From the NCBI GenBank assembly GCA_025457885.1, contig JALOTN010000006.1:5635-69634 (forward strand): a stretch of 64,000 bases of DNA. The letters are read 5' to 3'. The DNA comes from Thermoplasmatota archaeon (GTDB lineage: Archaea; Thermoplasmatota; E2; DHVEG-1). Of the stretch, positions 8,044 to 16,006 are shown piece after piece. Position 1 is the stretch's first letter. Each line of letters opens with the position of its first letter. A program made the position numbers and the translations under genes. Under the pieces are notes generated by a model that was not told where the DNA came from, made no database searches, and saw only the letters and a list, made by a program, of their open reading frames with translations.

Positions 8044-10707
8044 ATGTTCTCCTGGAGGATTTCTCGGGGAATACCATTAAGATTATATGAAAATAGGAGT
8101 TCTCTTTTTTTTGTCATGCTAAAGAACATCCGAGATGCCACCAGGTTTTTTCCTATCGGCATCCTGTTGACCAATGTGGTATGTGTTTTGTTTGTCCTGA
8201 CGGTTCTTTCTGGTGGTTTTGGATCTGTTATGATCTTTAGTCAGCAGCTACTCGCGGTTTTCCTGATGCTAGGGGTTTCATTGTGTAATGTACCCCTTCT
8301 TTTGATGCTGCGTCATCTTTCCAAACCATCGTTAGGCGCCCGCGTGATCCTTGTTGGGGTCTTCTTTTGGTTTTTTGGATTTCTGATCCTTATAGTATCA
8401 AAGACAAACCTTCTCTGGATCAGTAGTATTTCGATGATCCTCTCTGGGATTTTCCTCTGCCTTCAGGGGTTGGGTCGTCAGCGAAGCGACCTGCGTTTCC
8501 TCACCATTTCATCATTTTTATATGCTCTGGTGTTTCTTCTTCTACAAACCATCCCCTCCCTCTGGTCTGTGTATCAGCAAGGCTCCTTCATGGTGAGCCA
8601 TGCAGTTGGTTATCTCATCGGTTCTCCTCTCGCTTTAGGACCAACCACGAGTGGGGCAGGGATTTTCCTTTTAACTTGTGTGGTTCTCCTGGGTTGTTTC
8701 TTTGTCATAGGCAGGAAAACACGAAGGGATGTGCTCTGGTTTTGTTTCTGGATTGGCTTTTTATGTATTCTTTGGTTTGGGTATCTTCTCCTCCTGGGTC
8801 TACTGTCATATCCAGCATCTGATGCGTTGAACCTTCATCCGGTGTTGTTTCTTTTGTGTCTGATCCCTCTCTTTGTTTCCCTGCTATCCTCTCAAGACAG
8901 AATCATGATCTCAGGATCATCATTCATTCAAAAACACTCTCTTAGACCTCATCTCATGAATGGTGCGGTCTGGGCAGCTGTGTTTCTGTTCCTCTCCACC
9001 TTTCTGTTCACCTTGGTTCTTCCATCAGGATCCCTTCCAGTTGAACCGCAAAAAATCGTTTTCTATGGAGATCATATGGTGGGGACCTGGGATGTACCCG
9101 AATATGGGAAATACGGGAAGGATGCTGTCGGGATGTTCGGTCTTTGGCCGGTGACCCTCACCACCCTGGGGTATTCCACGGAGATTGTTGTAAAGGACCG
9201 CGGAAAATTTCTTAATACCACACAACCTTTGCTGCAGAACATCACCCGGTATCTGAACCTAACGGATTATACAGCCATCCAGGAGTCGTCCCAAGTCACC
9301 ACTTCGCTGCTTCAGGGCGCCTACGTTTTTGTCGTCTCCAACCTGAATGTCTCCTTTACCGAACAGGAACAATCCATCATCTGGGACTATGTGAGAGGCG
9401 GAGGCTCCTTGCTGGTCATCGGGGATCACACGAATGTTGGAGGCATGCAGGAGCCATTAAATGAGCTGCTTACCCCGGTAGGGATCCGATATCGGTTCGA
9501 CGCTGCACTCCCCCTGGATGAGAAATTCAAATGGCTCTCCTGCACACAGCTGCTACATCATCCCATCACAATGTCTCTTCTAAATCTTGATGAACTGCAA
9601 TATGGGGTCGGCGCCTCCCTTGATCTGTCATCCTCTGCCTTCCCCATCATCATCGGATCATCGGTCCTCTCAGATGAAGGGAACCGGTCCAATGCTGATA
9701 TCGCCTACCTTGGTGATTATGAATATAACAAGGGAGAACAACTAGGAGATGTGGTCCTAGTCGCTGGGGCGTTCTACGGTGATGGGAGGGTCCTGGTGTT
9801 TGGGGACACCTCTTCGTTCCAGAACCCTGCATTACCCTCATCCTATCGATTTGTTCAGACGTGTTTTTCCTGGCTCGCTCGTGAACAGACCGGGGTGTTC
9901 TTTTTGATTCAAACCGGTGCCTCCTTAGGGTTTCTCCTCAGTGCAATCCTCGTGTTCGTCTTCTTCAGGAAAAACTCGACATCATTCATCTGGTTCCCCG
10001 CTGTTCTGTGTATCTCCTTGATCCTCACGGTCATCCTCAATCCCCCCCTGGTCGCTCTCCCAAGGAATGATATGGGTTCTGTTGTGTACATCGATGCATC
10101 ACATACCGAACGATTCTCTCTTGAATCATTCACGGATGACTCCCTTAATGGCTTCCTGTTGAACCTGCAACGCAATAACCTTCACCCCCGCATCCTCAGA
10201 GAATTCAACATAGAAACCATCCAAGGAAGCAGCATGATTGTTTTTAACGCGCCAACCACCACGTTTACCTCTGATGAAATCAGGTTCCTCCAAACCTATA
10301 TGACTCAAGGGGGTGTCGTCCTGCTTGCCACAGGATTTGAGGATAAAACAGCCTCCCTTCCTCTTCTTTCATCCTTCGGGTTGGATGTCGAACCAACCCC
10401 GCTTGGTCCAGTCCCGTACGTTGAAGAGAACCTTTCCCTATATCAAAATGAACCACGGTTCGTGGACAGCTGGCCAATCACGTTCAATGGGAACCAAACC
10501 ACCTCCTATTATAACTTCACCTGGGATGATCTGACGTTCCACCTCGTCGTGTTCCAACCATACGGCGCAGGGGGGCTCCTACTTATCGGAGACAGCCAGT
10601 TCCTCCTCAACAAGAACCTGGAGTCCATCTACGATTACTGGCCGGGTAACATCCTGTTCATAAAATACCTCCTCGATGAATTACCATTACAGGAGAACTA
10701 CTCATGA
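8044..10707 (+). CDS. Polytopic membrane protein, paralog A: N-terminal multi-TM block plus two extracytoplasmic GldG/DUF4350-like modules
   Basis: ORF of 887 aa with about 9-10 N-terminal hydrophobic helices. Module 1 is VFVVSNLNVSFTEQEQSIIWDYVRGGGSLLVIGDHTNVGGM. An internal TM pair follows, then module 2, MIVFNAPTTTFTSDEIRFLQTYMTQGGVVLLATG. Many N-x-S/T sequons. An alternative start is at 8116. Confidence 0.75.
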   Translation: MFSWRISRGIPLRLYENRSSLFFVMLKNIRDATRFFPIGILLTNVVCVLFVLTVLSGGFGSVMIFSQQLLAVFLMLGVSLCNVPLLLMLRHLSKPSLGARVILVGVFFWFFGFLILIVSKTNLLWISSISMILSGIFLCLQGLGRQRSDLRFLTISSFLYALVFLLLQTIPSLWSVYQQGSFMVSHAVGYLIGSPLALGPTTSGAGIFLLTCVVLLGCFFVIGRKTRRDVLWFCFWIGFLCILWFGYLLLLGLLSYPASDALNLHPVLFLLCLIPLFVSLLSSQDRIMISGSSFIQKHSLRPHLMNGAVWAAVFLFLSTFLFTLVLPSGSLPVEPQKIVFYGDHMVGTWDVPEYGKYGKDAVGMFGLWPVTLTTLGYSTEIVVKDRGKFLNTTQPLLQNITRYLNLTDYTAIQESSQVTTSLLQGAYVFVVSNLNVSFTEQEQSIIWDYVRGGGSLLVIGDHTNVGGMQEPLNELLTPVGIRYRFDAALPLDEKFKWLSCTQLLHHPITMSLLNLDELQYGVGASLDLSSSAFPIIIGSSVLSDEGNRSNADIAYLGDYEYNKGEQLGDVVLVAGAFYGDGRVLVFGDTSSFQNPALPSSYRFVQTCFSWLAREQTGVFFLIQTGASLGFLLSAILVFVFFRKNSTSFIWFPAVLCISLILTVILNPPLVALPRNDMGSVVYIDASHTERFSLESFTDDSLNGFLLNLQRNNLHPRILREFNIETIQGSSMIVFNAPTTTFTSDEIRFLQTYMTQGGVVLLATGFEDKTASLPLLSSFGLDVEPTPLGPVPYVEENLSLYQNEPRFVDSWPITFNGNQTTSYYNFTWDDLTFHLVVFQPYGAGGLLLIGDSQFLLNKNLESIYDYWPGNILFIKYLLDELPLQENYS

Positions 10708-13238
10708 GACGGATCCTCTGGCTTGGAGCATTCCTTCTCTCCTCGAGTTGGCTGTTCCTCATCCCCCAGTTCATCACCCCGAATCTCCCCGCTGGGCTGC
10801 TCTGCGTCCTCTTTGGGGTCCTCTGCTTCATCATAGGAATCTCATCAGTTGTGACACCACAACCAAACCTTCGATACCTTGTTCTCCTTTTCCCGCTCAC
10901 TATAGCAGCACTCCTAGTGCCCTTCCCCCACAATCTCGGAGTAATACTCCTTGGCCTTGGGCTTCTTTTTGTCTTGCTTTGTTACCGCTTCGAACGACTC
11001 CAAGCAATCCCCCTAGGTATTTCCCTTGCGGGGGTCCTACTCCTCCTGCAGACCCTGATCTTTCCTTTGTACGTCTCCCTTGCTTCCCATGGACATCGAG
11101 TAGACGTCCTTGCCTCAGTGATCTCCCCGATCGCGAATTTCCTTGGATTCCATACCTCGGCAACCAACGGGTTCCTCTTTGTTCAAACCCTCCAGACCAC
11201 CCCCTTCACCATCACCTGGGAGAGCCTTGGATGCCCCCTAGCCCTTAACCTCTTTCTTGCTGGGTTTTTCCTTCTCCTCCTCTTCTCCAAGACCAAACAA
11301 CAGATGCTGAAAAACACCATCATTTTTCTCATTGCAGGGACATCATACCTCCTCCTACGCTTCATCGCAATCCTCTCATTGTATCTTACGACTACAGAGC
11401 TGTCCGTGTTCTGGGACCCCTTGCTCACCACCCTTAGTTTCCTCCCCTTCAGCCTCCTTCTCATGAAACTAATCCCCCTGCAGAAACACGAAACAGTCAC
11501 CATACAAGCCCCATCGATAAAAATGACAAAAAAACACCTCGCAACCATGGTTCTTTTGATTCTTCTTGTCTCTTCATTGACTGCCGCATTCCTCTATCAT
11601 GACCCTGGGGTGAAAAAAACAGGTCGCGTCCTCATCGATGAATACCACAGCCAATGGGAAGACACCCTCCGACCTCTGGATACCGAATGGTACGGACTGC
11701 TCTCCACCTACAATTATTATTCCTGGGGGCGCTGGATATCCTATCATTATCCTGTGGAGACGAACACCAATGAGACCTTCACCACCTCACTCCTCAGTCA
11801 CTATGATATCCTCATCCTGAAATGCCCCACCGAAAGCTACACCACCCAAGAAATCCAAGCGATCAAAGACTTTGTTACCCATGGCGGAGGACTCTACCTC
11901 ATCGGGGATCATACCAACGTTTTCGGGATGAACACCTTCCTAAACCAAGTCTCTGAGGAGTTCGGGATCCGGTTCAAAACCGATGCCTCCTACGAGCTAG
12001 GCACAGGGGACCTCTCAGTCTACACCCCAGACCGATCCTATGCTCACCCCGTACTTCGTCAGGTCCCCCAGTTCGAATTCATGACCTCCTGCACCCTGGA
12101 GCCCACCTCTCTCTCCGCGTCCCTCCAAATGGAAAACATCATCATCGGCAACCGACTCATCAGCGAACCAGGCACCTATTCAACAGAGAATTTCTTCAGA
12201 GAATCCATCGCCTCCCCAGACTCCGAATACGGATACCTGCTCCAAGCTGCAGCGATCACGTACGGCGCAGGCCGTGTCGTAGCCTTCACCGACAGCACCG
12301 TATTTTCCAGCTTCTGTCTCTACACAGATGGATATCCTGCGTTCACCCTTGGCGCGTTGGAGTACCTGAATCGATCAAACTCACCAGCACCCCTATCAAC
12401 CATCCTTTTCGTCCTCGCCGTCGTCCTGTTCCTCCTCATCGCTTATCTCGTAAAAAATATCAACAAAACATTTCTCCTCTGGATGATCCTGTTTTCCGGA
12501 CTACTTGCGTTCTGCCTCACTGCCCCCCTCTGCTCATATCTCACAGACCTCTCCTATCAACCCACAGAAGCCGCTCTCGATTATCCCACGGTGGTCTTCG
12601 AACAGCAACATTCGACGGTCAACATCTCAGTTAAACCCACCGCATCACTAGGGGTTACCTCCACGAACTACGGGACGTTCTACATCTGGACCCAACGAGT
12701 CGGACTGGTCCCATCACTTGCGCCAACCCTCCATGATGCGACCACAAACGGTGATGTTATAATCCTGATTAACCCAACACGAGCTTTCACAGAAACAGAT
12801 GTGAAGCTCATCACCACCTACCTCGAACACGGCGGACGACTGCTCCTCATGGACAGCATCACAAATCCTGAATCCACTGCCAATGAACTACTTGGGAATT
12901 TTGGACTCTGGATCACCACCGAATCAACAAATAAACCACTTTACACCAATGAAACCGAGAACGGAAGTCTGACGCTCCAAGGTAATATCACCACCCCGTC
13001 GCTCACCATCACCGGCGGAACTCCCCTCCTCATCAGCAATGACAACAACACCTATGCAAGCATGGTTGAAATTACAAACCCAGACAACACCAAAGCACCA
13101 GGATACTTCGTTGTCATTGTCGACTCTGCATCGTTTTCTGATGCTCAGATGGGTGGCACCTTCACGGAACCAACAGATCAGCAACGCCAGATCTACAATA
13201 CCGAGTTTTTCCTTCTCAGAACGCTCTTGTCTTCATAA
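10704..13238 (+). CDS. Polytopic membrane protein, paralog B: archaeosortase-like N-terminal block (Cys177/Arg219) plus two GldG/DUF4350-like modules
   Basis: ORF of 844 aa. ATGA overlap with paralog A and AGGAG 9 nt upstream. Module 1 is DILILKCPTESYTTQEIQAIKDFVTHGGGLYLIGDHTNVFGM and module 2 is VIILINPTRAFTETDVKLITTYLEHGGRLLLMDS. Same domain order as A. Confidence 0.75.
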   Translation: MRRILWLGAFLLSSSWLFLIPQFITPNLPAGLLCVLFGVLCFIIGISSVVTPQPNLRYLVLLFPLTIAALLVPFPHNLGVILLGLGLLFVLLCYRFERLQAIPLGISLAGVLLLLQTLIFPLYVSLASHGHRVDVLASVISPIANFLGFHTSATNGFLFVQTLQTTPFTITWESLGCPLALNLFLAGFFLLLLFSKTKQQMLKNTIIFLIAGTSYLLLRFIAILSLYLTTTELSVFWDPLLTTLSFLPFSLLLMKLIPLQKHETVTIQAPSIKMTKKHLATMVLLILLVSSLTAAFLYHDPGVKKTGRVLIDEYHSQWEDTLRPLDTEWYGLLSTYNYYSWGRWISYHYPVETNTNETFTTSLLSHYDILILKCPTESYTTQEIQAIKDFVTHGGGLYLIGDHTNVFGMNTFLNQVSEEFGIRFKTDASYELGTGDLSVYTPDRSYAHPVLRQVPQFEFMTSCTLEPTSLSASLQMENIIIGNRLISEPGTYSTENFFRESIASPDSEYGYLLQAAAITYGAGRVVAFTDSTVFSSFCLYTDGYPAFTLGALEYLNRSNSPAPLSTILFVLAVVLFLLIAYLVKNINKTFLLWMILFSGLLAFCLTAPLCSYLTDLSYQPTEAALDYPTVVFEQQHSTVNISVKPTASLGVTSTNYGTFYIWTQRVGLVPSLAPTLHDATTNGDVIILINPTRAFTETDVKLITTYLEHGGRLLLMDSITNPESTANELLGNFGLWITTESTNKPLYTNETENGSLTLQGNITTPSLTITGGTPLLISNDNNTYASMVEITNPDNTKAPGYFVVIVDSASFSDAQMGGTFTEPTDQQRQIYNTEFFLLRTLLSS

Positions 13239-13328
13239 AAAAACCCTTTTTTTTCTTTTGATTCGTCCTTATTATCCAGGATAAGCATTAAATACAGGAA
13301 CAACGATAAGTTTCTCGGGGAAAGAAAT

Positions 13329-13997
13329 ATGGAGAAAAAAACTCTCATCTTAACCGTATCGGCAGCTGCCCTCATCGTGTTTGCTTCGTTTAGCTCTGTG
13401 GTTGGCTTGACAAACGAACAATCATCAGAACAAACCAAATCACCATTGTTTGCGATTCGTACGCAACGGTCGATTCAAACAACACATGAACAAACTATAC
13501 AATCACAATACCTGGGGAAAGGGATAACCTCTCAGTTGTTCCGCTCACGACAACCATCGCTCGATAGCGCCTTGGATCGAGTAGTGAAACTGCTAAATAC
13601 GAATCCTGATTTTTTTGCAAAAATCCTAAAAACCATCACTTCAAATCCACAGGTACAATCTCTTTTGAAGAAACAAGGGATGACGATGGATGAATTTAGG
13701 ACCTATCTGAATCAACTTAAAAATGATCCATCCCTCTTCATTGAGCAGATCCGCCGTGCGGAACCAAAGTTCTCAGAACAACAGTTACAATCACCGGCTC
13801 CACTGAGTTTGAACACCACAAATCCCTTCGCGTGTGTCATCACTGCGATTGTCATGATCCCTGTTGTGCTGGTAATCGGTCTGATTGTCGTGTTATTCAC
13901 CTTACGTATCCTGCAATGTCTGAACTTTAATGAGGTCATGAATAACCTTATGGAACAGATCTTACAGGGTCTTACTCCTGGAGAGTACCTTCTCTAA
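13329..13997 (+). CDS. Hypothetical secreted protein with C-terminal TM helix
   Basis: Signal-like N-terminus LILTVSAAALIVFASFSSVVG and C-proximal helix VITAIVMIPVVLVIGLIVVLFTL. No family recognised. Confidence 0.55.
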   Translation: MEKKTLILTVSAAALIVFASFSSVVGLTNEQSSEQTKSPLFAIRTQRSIQTTHEQTIQSQYLGKGITSQLFRSRQPSLDSALDRVVKLLNTNPDFFAKILKTITSNPQVQSLLKKQGMTMDEFRTYLNQLKNDPSLFIEQIRRAEPKFSEQQLQSPAPLSLNTTNPFACVITAIVMIPVVLVIGLIVVLFTLRILQCLNFNEVMNNLMEQILQGLTPGEYLL

Positions 13998-14054
13998 TCA
14001 TTTTTCTCTTTCTTTTTATTTTTCCTGCGATATATTTATATAGATTTCCAGAGA

Positions 14055-15113
14055 ATGTGTACTAGTACGAATATGATTTCTCATTTGAAAACCATCCTTC
14101 ATTGTCTAGGGGTATTGCTCCTTTTAGTAATCGGGAGTGTGCCTCTTGAAGCCCAACCAGAAAAAACGGAATATGCCTCTTCTTCTCCTTCTTATGATAT
14201 GGTCATCCGAGAGGGGCTCTCTGCGATAGAACAGCAACAGAAAAGAGAAGCTGATGACTCCCAGCAGCTCTCATCGCTGGTAACCTGGTATACCACACAT
14301 CCACTCATCGAGTATGCAAGCTGCATTGAACGATCTATCACGGTGCGATTCATCGATGGTTCCTATGTAGTTCTCTTCGATCCCTTGTCTGGCACATCAG
14401 AATCCGTTATTGGTACGCAGTGGCCTTCGATTCATCAAAGATATCTGGGTCCTACAAACAAAACCGCTGTTATCCTTAACCCTGCTGAATCCATGTATGG
14501 TCATCATCAATGCCAGCGGATTATCACCACCTTGTTACAGAAGGATTATTCGATTGAATATCTCGCAAACCAGGCAGTGGATGTATCGTATATCAGAAAC
14601 AATCTGTCCGCATCAATCATCTACATGAACACCCATGCGGGGTACTTTGATATCGATGGGGATCTTTTAGCAGATGCTGTGGTCATCGCAACGGGTGAGC
14701 CTTGGACGAACGAAACAGAAATTAAATACGCTGAGGAGATTCAGAACCATCTGATTGTCAAAGGTATGGTTGGTGACCAGGGGTTTGTGACATTCACCCC
14801 AGCATTTATTGAACAATATTATTCAACAAACCCGTTCCCAGGTTCTCTGGTGTTCATGGCAACGTGTTATGCTTTGGCGGACAGTTCTATGGCACAAGCG
14901 TTCCTTAATACCGGTGCATCGGTTTACCTAGGCTGGTCTCAGAACACGGTGTTCTGGACCAATAGCAGGACCTCCGTGCAGGTGTTTCATCTTCTGGCTC
15001 TGGGTGTTCCTGTTCAGTTGATCTGTCGGATGATTCGCTCGGGAGGATTCTATAACTGGTTGTTCCATTCAAAACTCATGTATATCGGGGATGGTACCTA
15101 CACTATCCCGTAA
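14055..15113 (+). CDS. Secreted clan-CD-like (C25/C11-type His/Cys dyad) putative peptidase
   Basis: Signal segment CLGVLLLLVIGSVPLEA. IIYMNTHAGYF (His-x-Gly) and LVFMATCYALADS (Cys) occur in the order and spacing typical of caspase-fold peptidases. Confidence 0.5.
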   Translation: MCTSTNMISHLKTILHCLGVLLLLVIGSVPLEAQPEKTEYASSSPSYDMVIREGLSAIEQQQKREADDSQQLSSLVTWYTTHPLIEYASCIERSITVRFIDGSYVVLFDPLSGTSESVIGTQWPSIHQRYLGPTNKTAVILNPAESMYGHHQCQRIITTLLQKDYSIEYLANQAVDVSYIRNNLSASIIYMNTHAGYFDIDGDLLADAVVIATGEPWTNETEIKYAEEIQNHLIVKGMVGDQGFVTFTPAFIEQYYSTNPFPGSLVFMATCYALADSSMAQAFLNTGASVYLGWSQNTVFWTNSRTSVQVFHLLALGVPVQLICRMIRSGGFYNWLFHSKLMYIGDGTYTIP

Positions 15114-15116
15114 GAA

Positions 15117-15141
15117 TTTTTTTTTTTTTTTTTTTTTTTTT
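15117..15141 (+). terminator. 25-nt poly(T) tract between convergent genes
   Basis: Counted directly: T x25. It starts 4 nt after the stop of the plus-strand gene and runs into the stop codon of the minus-strand gene. Confidence 0.5.
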
Positions 15142-16006
15142 ACCGTACCCAAAACATCGATCGCATAAGCATCTGAGCCTGCAATGGGAGATCTACTGGT
15201 TTTTTGCCTTCGATCATATCAAGGGTCGCCTGGGTGTAGGTATCAACGATCTGTTGGAAGAACCAGCGGCCATAATCACTATCAGCCCGTGCTGGGCTTC
15301 CGACATACCCCTCGGTTATTCCGATTTCTTTGAAGGTTTTACCTAAGACTCGGGGTGAATACAGATCCCGGTAGATGCTCTGGAGGTCTTTATAGGACGG
15401 GTCCACAAGGTAGGGATATTGATAGTTCATCAGGGAGGTTTCGCGGAAACAGGCATGGACTTCTTTTTTGGTATCAAAACCGACCTGTGGCTCTCGTTTC
15501 TCCACTTCTTTGTTGTAGAAATACGGTCCCCAGGGTTCGATGATTTTTATTGGTTTGTTCTTCATTGCTTTACTCATCGCACTGTAGATGGCTTTGAGAT
15601 GTCCAAGGTCCATGTGAAACGTACATATCACATAATATTTGAAACCGAATTTCGAAAGAGAACTGCAGATGTCAGTGATGATCATCTTGAGTGCTTTTAC
15701 TTGAACCGAGACTGTACCGGGGAAATCAGAGGCCATTTTTGTATATCCCAGGGGGATCGCTGGATAGAGGACACATGTCAGCTCAGGTTTCTTCTTCTTG
15801 ATTGTCCGGATTGTTTCCTTTGCGGTGTCACGTGCGGTCAAGAGATCAGTGCCGACGGGAAGATGAGGTCCATGTTCTTCTAAGGGACTTATCGGGATGA
15901 AGATGATGGTTTTCTCCCGGTCGAGTGCATCAAACTGCTTCCAGGAAAGCTCCTCGAGCTGTATGATTTTAAACTCGGTTTTGTTGTTGTTCTTCGCTGA
16001 TTTTAT
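15140..16006 (-). CDS. Creatininase-family amidohydrolase (ArfB/creatinine amidohydrolase-like), apparent non-canonical ATA start
   Basis: The ORF track gives 15140..15841 from a TTG. The same frame stays open upstream to 16015 and encodes KIIQLEELSWKQFDALDREKTIIFIPISPLEEHGPHLPVGTDLL, the family's metal-binding N-terminus. That stretch has no ATG/GTG/TTG. An ATA at 16006-16004 overlaps the map stop codon. Confidence 0.6.
   Translation of the reverse strand: MKSAKNNNKTEFKIIQLEELSWKQFDALDREKTIIFIPISPLEEHGPHLPVGTDLLTARDTAKETIRTIKKKKPELTCVLYPAIPLGYTKMASDFPGTVSVQVKALKMIITDICSSLSKFGFKYYVICTFHMDLGHLKAIYSAMSKAMKNKPIKIIEPWGPYFYNKEVEKREPQVGFDTKKEVHACFRETSLMNYQYPYLVDPSYKDLQSIYRDLYSPRVLGKTFKEIGITEGYVGSPARADSDYGRWFFQQIVDTYTQATLDMIEGKKPVDLPLQAQMLMRSMFWVR

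Noticed and set aside
10676-11248. 190-aa Pro-rich ORF in an alternative frame over the A/B junction
   Set aside because: Its Pro/Ser/His-rich composition is typical of an off-frame reading of C-rich codons. The in-frame paralog B has a coherent TM architecture and an RBS.
15839-15880. Possible frameshift splitting the creatininase-family gene at the TTG called by the ORF track
   Set aside because: Re-reading the bases shows the upstream EEHGPHLPVGTD segment is in the same frame as the called ORF. The issue is the missing canonical start codon, not a frameshift.
15419-15883. 154-aa ORF antisense to the creatininase-family gene
   Set aside because: A shadow ORF. The minus-strand frame carries the family motifs continuously.
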